Below, in pieces: positions 47,190-52,205 of a stretch of 52,205 nucleotides of DNA. The position numbers and the translations under genes are program-made. Within the stretch, counting starts at the first letter, position 1. The number at the start of each line of letters is the position of its first letter. Source of the DNA: Atractiella rhizophila (taxonomy: Eukaryota). The stretch is taken from assembly GCA_021432655.1 (NCBI GenBank), contig MU271262.1:62001-114205 (forward strand). Reading direction: 5' to 3'. Under the pieces are notes generated by a model. The model saw only the letters and a program-made list of their open reading frames with translations, did not search any database and had not been told where the DNA came from.

Positions 47190-50100
47190 ATGGATTCTCG
47201 CTATTCCACCCTTCGCGGGCCCCCTCCACCCCCCAAACCACTCCATCTTACCGTCTCCCGCATCACCGGCTCCAACATGCAGCAAGGCCTCACTTCCTCA
47301 CCCATCTCCTCAGACACCTCCGACGGCGAGGAGTTCTTCTCCGATGCTTCTGAAGGCGAAGGAGAGTCGGTGTTGGGTACGTTGAAAGGGAAGAGCAGGG
47401 AGGAAGGGTGGGAAGGCACGGTTCGGAAGCAGAGGGAGATGTGGGAGTCTCGGTTCGCCCCTGCTCCTTCTAAGAAGGTGGGAGTGATTGGGGGGAAGAC
47501 TGGAGGCGCACAGAGGGGTGTGGGGGATTTGAAGAGCTTGTGGGATAAGGTTGAGGTCGATGTTGAACCGGAGAAGGAGGATGGAAGGAAGGGAAAGAGA
47601 CCTGTGGGGAAGCGGAGAGAGACGATATGGGACGCTCCTTCGCCTACTTCTCCTTCGTCGCCCATCCATTCTCCAGCTCTGCAGGATCTGCCAAAGAGAG
47701 GTGCGGGCAGAGCGATGACTTTCGATCAGTCGCCTTTCAAGGACCTGTTTTCCCCTCTTCCAACCTCTAACACTTCCTCACCATCGACATCAAATTCGAT
47801 CCCAACCTCGTCATCGACAAAGACCATCATTCCCTCGGATTCTCCTCCCTCCCACAACCGATCACTACCCCTCGACGCCTCTGCAGATGCTGATGCCGAA
47901 GAAGAAGAAGCGCCGCGGACGATCAAAGGTCCTAAGAGGAAAGGGAGCACTTTGAGCAGAAGGGAGAGGTACGCGTCGCGAGGGAAGAATGGCAAAGGAA
48001 GTGTGAAGCAGGAAATGGCGAGGAAGAGCGTGTTGGCTAGTCTGAAAAAGGGGAGAGTGAGGGATACGGTTTTGGTGAGCATCTATTTCTGTGAGAGCGC
48101 GGGATAGGACTTTGTCTGTGTTGTTTCATTGGTTCTAATTGCGTGCACGGATAGTTGAGAACCACGATGTAGATGCACGAGAGTTTGATTGAGCACGGCT
48201 TGTGATCTGGCGAAAGTGCGATGCTCATTAATTTCTATTTTTTTTCATGAATGTCTTATGGCGGCTGGAGCTTCATTACTTTTTTTTGTCCTCTCCAGCG
48301 TTGCAGATCCATGTGAACGAATTGTCGTACAGAAGGGAGATGTGCACTTTGACACAAAATTTGATCATTATTTACGACATTGTTAACTTGCTCTGTTTAA
48401 TCCGTTGGAATGTACTTTCAAGGTATGCGGACTGGTTCGATATAGTTTCAATGGGAACGCAATGGTTTCCTGTCATCCTTACACAGAGTTGCGATATTAT
48501 TTTTGGACTATAGCATTGACGTGAAATTGTTTTGTAGGTCCTAGGTGATCTATTGAAGGAAATGCAAGCATTGGATTCAGACAACACATTTACCAACCCA
48601 CCATCACCTGACGAGAAGCATGGCGCAATAGCGGAGGAGGATCCACCGTCTCCCTCCCGCGAGGCGCAAATCGAGCTCAGAGAGGGCAAAACACGAGGCG
48701 AGGGGCGGTCCTTTGCAGAAGTGTTGGCTGAACTTCATCCTACGACTAATACTTCCTCCCCAGTCGACTCTCCACATCAATATCGCTCTCCTAAGCAATC
48801 AGTGTATTCTAGCGAAACGGTTACTGATGAAGACGGCTACGCTACCGCGCCTCAGTCTACCTTCGCTGTTACTACTGCAACAGTTCGTAACGGAAACCTG
48901 CCATCTGAACAACTTGAAGTCGATCTTCCGAGGCACATACCTCGGGAAGATAGTATCTTTCCTGAAGACAGTGTCAGCAATTTCAGACGACCTGTTGAAC
49001 GATCGTCTGTACCGAATGACAGCATTGATGGTGAAACCGCCACAGACCTCATTTCCGATCTACAACTAGAGGTAGAAGCAGATCAGACCCATCCATTACT
49101 CAAAGAGAGTACCATTCCTCATCCCTTACAAACTTCTCCAGACACCCTCACAGTGGTCCTCCCGCCGTCCGCTGACATGGAGCCTACCGCTACAGAATCC
49201 AGCGAGGAGTTCCTAGATGAGCCACTATTAGAAACCGATCACCAAGTTCCAGACTTACAGTCGCTTCAATCTCCATCCCCTCTGCCAACAGCTCCATTCC
49301 CTACCACTGCTCAAGATCTTCCCCCTCCCCGTCCCGCACGAGCATTGTTTTCCTTCAGTGGGGAATCGAGCTTTGGCGAGTTGGCGTTCTCCGCAAATAA
49401 GATTCTACAAATCGAAGTTGAAAATCTTGGTGGGGGCTGGAGTTTGGGCTACGTCGAAGGCATTGGAGAGGGCGAAGGAGAAAGAGGGCTCATACCTCGT
49501 GGATGGTACACGTTCATACAAGAGATGCGCCCACCTGCCCCAAGCGAAGGAAGCGTTAAGATCGAAGGATGGGTCCCAGGTAGTAGGATCAACAGCATAT
49601 CGACAGCGGGGGATAGCGCCGTAAGTCACACATTCGATCTGAAAGCATAAATTCATGAATATTAGTGGTCGGAAAGGTCAATGAGCGATCCGGAGCGGCA
49701 GGCCACAGGTGGTTCTACGCTTTCAATACCTTCCTTGGGTGTGAAAAACCTCGTCTCTTCCTTATCTACAGCCACCGGAGCACAATCTGTTCCTATTTAT
49801 TTCTCTCAGAACACCACTCCAGAAGCGGCTTGCTTCCAACCTCCAATTAAACCAGCCTTCCCAAAATCGCGCCAAACTCCTGGTATTGTGCAGAGCACGT
49901 TCAAATATCTCACTGGTGCCTACGTTCCAGGCGGATGGGAAGACAGTGGCGCGGATGAATGGGTGCGCAACGGAAGTCCAGAAGCAGAGAGCGATGAAAA
50001 ATGGTGGATAGAGCAAGGCCCCAGTTGGAGGGAGATAGTTGCTTATTTCGAGGTCGACGTCCATTCCCCGTCCAAACGAAGCGCCCACGGAAGTAAAGAG

Positions 50101-51598
50101 TATACTATATTTCAAGTATCTTCGGAATACGAAGAAGAGATCATAACGGTCGAGCGGAGGTTCAACGACTTCGTCAAGCTGCATAACTATCTCATCAAGA
50201 GCTTTTCAACTCTTATCATCCCTCCTCTTCCTAGCAAACAATATACTGGACGGTTCAGGTCAGATTTCGTGGAGGCAAGAAGACGAGATCTAAGGTGTTT
50301 CATACGCCGGGTCGTTCGACACCCAGTATTGAGGGCTAGTGAGGGATTGAAGCTGTTTCTAGAGATGGAAGACAGAGAAGTCTGTTGTCATCCTTAAAAC
50401 TAATCCCCGGCTAACGTGCTCTCTAGCAATTCCAAGCCGAAATGAAGAAGTTAGAAGAAGTCATGAAAGCTAACCCGAAGCGGAGATGGATGACAGACGT
50501 GAATCACCCCGATTTTAATGTCGATCCCATGGAGGCGAAGGAAACCTTAGATCGGTTTACCAGCTTTGCCCACAACGTCGAGAAAGGCGGCGGAGTGCGA
50601 GATGCCATTGACCAGACAGGTTTGTTAAGGGCATCGATGCGAGGTATGCTTTATTTTCCGCTTATACTTAGTCTCAAGCATGCGCAGCTACCTCCAGTGA
50701 TCTGCGGCTTCTGGCGCACGACATGGTCAAGATGAGCTCTGGCTTGTCTCTTCCCCCAGAAGGGACCCCAACGATACCTGAACATGATGAATCAGATTCT
50801 GATAAAGCTGCCATGGATTCTTTGGAGAAGCAACGCATCCGAGCAAGGAATCTCAGGCTCCAAAATGAGGATGGTGCTTGGTGTTGGCGGGAGAAGTGTG
50901 ATGGTAAGCCATTGAATTAACACAGCGATTCAGCGCTTAATCCGAAAATGACAGACTGTCTAAGTGCTTCCAAAGCACTGCAAGAGTCTGCAGAAGCAAC
51001 AGAGAAGGTTGCTCAGTTATACGAACAGAATGCAGCTTCAGCACTGCTGTCCGTCCAAGAGGTCCTTCGGGATGTCGCATATCCTCATTCTCATCATGCC
51101 TCATTGATTGATGTGGCACGGTCTGCTCTCAACCTCAATGAAGAACTCGACGAAGAAGATTCATACCTACGAGCGAATAACCGCGTTTCAGTCGCTCCCT
51201 CACCGAATGAGGGCATGAGCAGCCGGAACGAAACCATTCTTAATATCGCGATGTCAGAAATTTCGCGATCGCATTCAGAGCACTCGGAAGACATCCGCAT
51301 TTTTGTCAAAGAATACTTAGACTCACAGATCGAATTCCACCAGAAGGCTCTTCTCGAGTTCTCACGAGCTAGGGTGCAGCTGGAAGACGAAATGTACAGA
51401 AATCTGGCTGTCAGTGGGCCGCGTCTTCCCAGCTTACTCGAGAAGACGCCGAAGCTGCCTCCGCCACTGCCTGAGCTGACATCCTATCGCATACCTGGCG
51501 CACCTGTCGGTGCGACTAAAAAGGCTTCTGTCATGGATAGCCTTCTTCCTGGAACCGGACTCGTTCGAGCGGCTACTTCAAGGAGTTTCTTCTCGTGA
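47190..51598 (+). CDS. SH3-PX-BAR sorting nexin (SNX9/18/33-like) with long disordered N-terminus
   Basis: SH3 ARALFSFSGE...ELAF...GWSLG...ERGLIPRGWY; PX YTIFQV...VERRFNDFVKLH...IPPLPSKQYTGRF...FVEARRRDL...HPVL; helical BAR-like C-terminus ...YLDSQIEFHQ. Confidence 0.85.
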
Positions 51599-51895
51599 TC
51601 GTTTCCTATTCATTTATTGACGATGTGTTCTCTCAGTAACAGTAATGTGTACTACCAGCGCGTCTTGTTTCAATCCTACACTGCATCACACCGCATGAAT
51701 GAGCAAAGAGGACAATATCAATCCCAGGCTGCAATAATATGTCAATGTTCTTGATTCTTGTGATGACCTTGGTGACTCTCAACTATGACCCCGAACGAAC
51801 AATGATAGAGCCGGAGCTCCACGCTAGCTGACCGCGACGGTAAGATTGCTTCTAACATTTCCATCCCCATCAGGTACTACACTTCACTCTTCGAA

Positions 51896-51903
51896 TATAT
51901 AAA
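51896..51903 (+). promoter_or_regulatory. Putative TATA box for the VOC gene
   Basis: TATATAAA about 120 bp upstream of the ATG at 52022. Confidence 0.5.
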
Positions 51904-52021
51904 GGGGTGGTTATCAGTTCAGGTTCTGTCAGTAGGATAACCTGCCCTTCGCTCATCTTCAGCCTGCGACTCTGCGACCAACATTCAGACTCAGGCTTGT
52001 CAGCTTCTCAGTTCTGACGCG

Positions 52022-52205
52022 ATGACGCTCAGTCACCTCTGTATCAACGTCAGCTCCATCACCAAATCCGTCAAGTTCTATACTGCCGCTCTCTCATCCA
52101 TCTCCTACATAAAGCACACTGTCTACAACGACGGGAAAGTAGTTGGATACGCGCCAAAGGATCTACCCGAAGGCGAAGAACCAGCGTTTTGGCTTTTTGA
52201 GAATA
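52022..52205 (+). CDS. VOC/glyoxalase-family protein, partial (runs off window end)
   Basis: MTLSHLCINVSSITKSVKFYTAAL...VVGY...PAFWL matches the HxxIxVxDxxxSxxFY pattern. Not in the ORF track because it is truncated. Confidence 0.8.
   Translation, partial: MTLSHLCINVSSITKSVKFYTAALSSISYIKHTVYNDGKVVGYAPKDLPEGEEPAFWLFEN

Noticed and set aside
190..52205. Detoxification or secondary-metabolite cluster (dioxygenase, NAT, UGT, VOC)
   Set aside because: Genes are 9-26 kb apart, interleaved with housekeeping genes (ERF4, SLA2, RSC9), and there is no backbone synthase or transporter.

Overview
Gene-dense, intron-rich fungal genomic DNA with short GT-AG introns and CTRAY-type branch points. Gene families and intron style suggest a basidiomycete, but the species cannot be determined from sequence alone. 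About 18 protein-coding genes can be reconstructed by hand: 2OG-Fe(II) dioxygenase, DUF6533-like membrane protein, ASH1-like SET methyltransferase, ERF4/GOLGA7, arylamine N-acetyltransferase (NAT), a Crypton/Ndc10-like DNA-binding protein, a coiled-coil hypothetical, SMYD-like SET protein, F-box protein, SLA2/END4, a degenerate mini-RNase III, a PB1-AIM-UBA-like protein, RSC9-like, UDP-glycosyltransferase, a membrane protein with a long disordered tail, an AA11 LPMO, an SH3-PX-BAR sorting nexin and a partial VOC/glyoxalase. No tRNA, rRNA, CRISPR array or intact transposon was seen. Most notable: (i) a spliced gene with two tyrosine-recombinase-type N-terminal (Crypton/Ndc10-like) modules and no catalytic domain, a candidate domesticated transposon regulator; (ii) two tandem duplications (about 1.95 kb, and 359-bp period) that copy gene 3' ends and could be real or mis-joined haplotypes; (iii) a p62/NBR1-like PB1-AIM-UBA protein; (iv) a catalytically degenerate RNase III; (v) a 1.27-kb intron in ERF4; (vi) a split start codon plus 6-nt micro-exon in SLA2. 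All family calls are by-eye motif recognition, not database searches, and exon boundaries are inferred.
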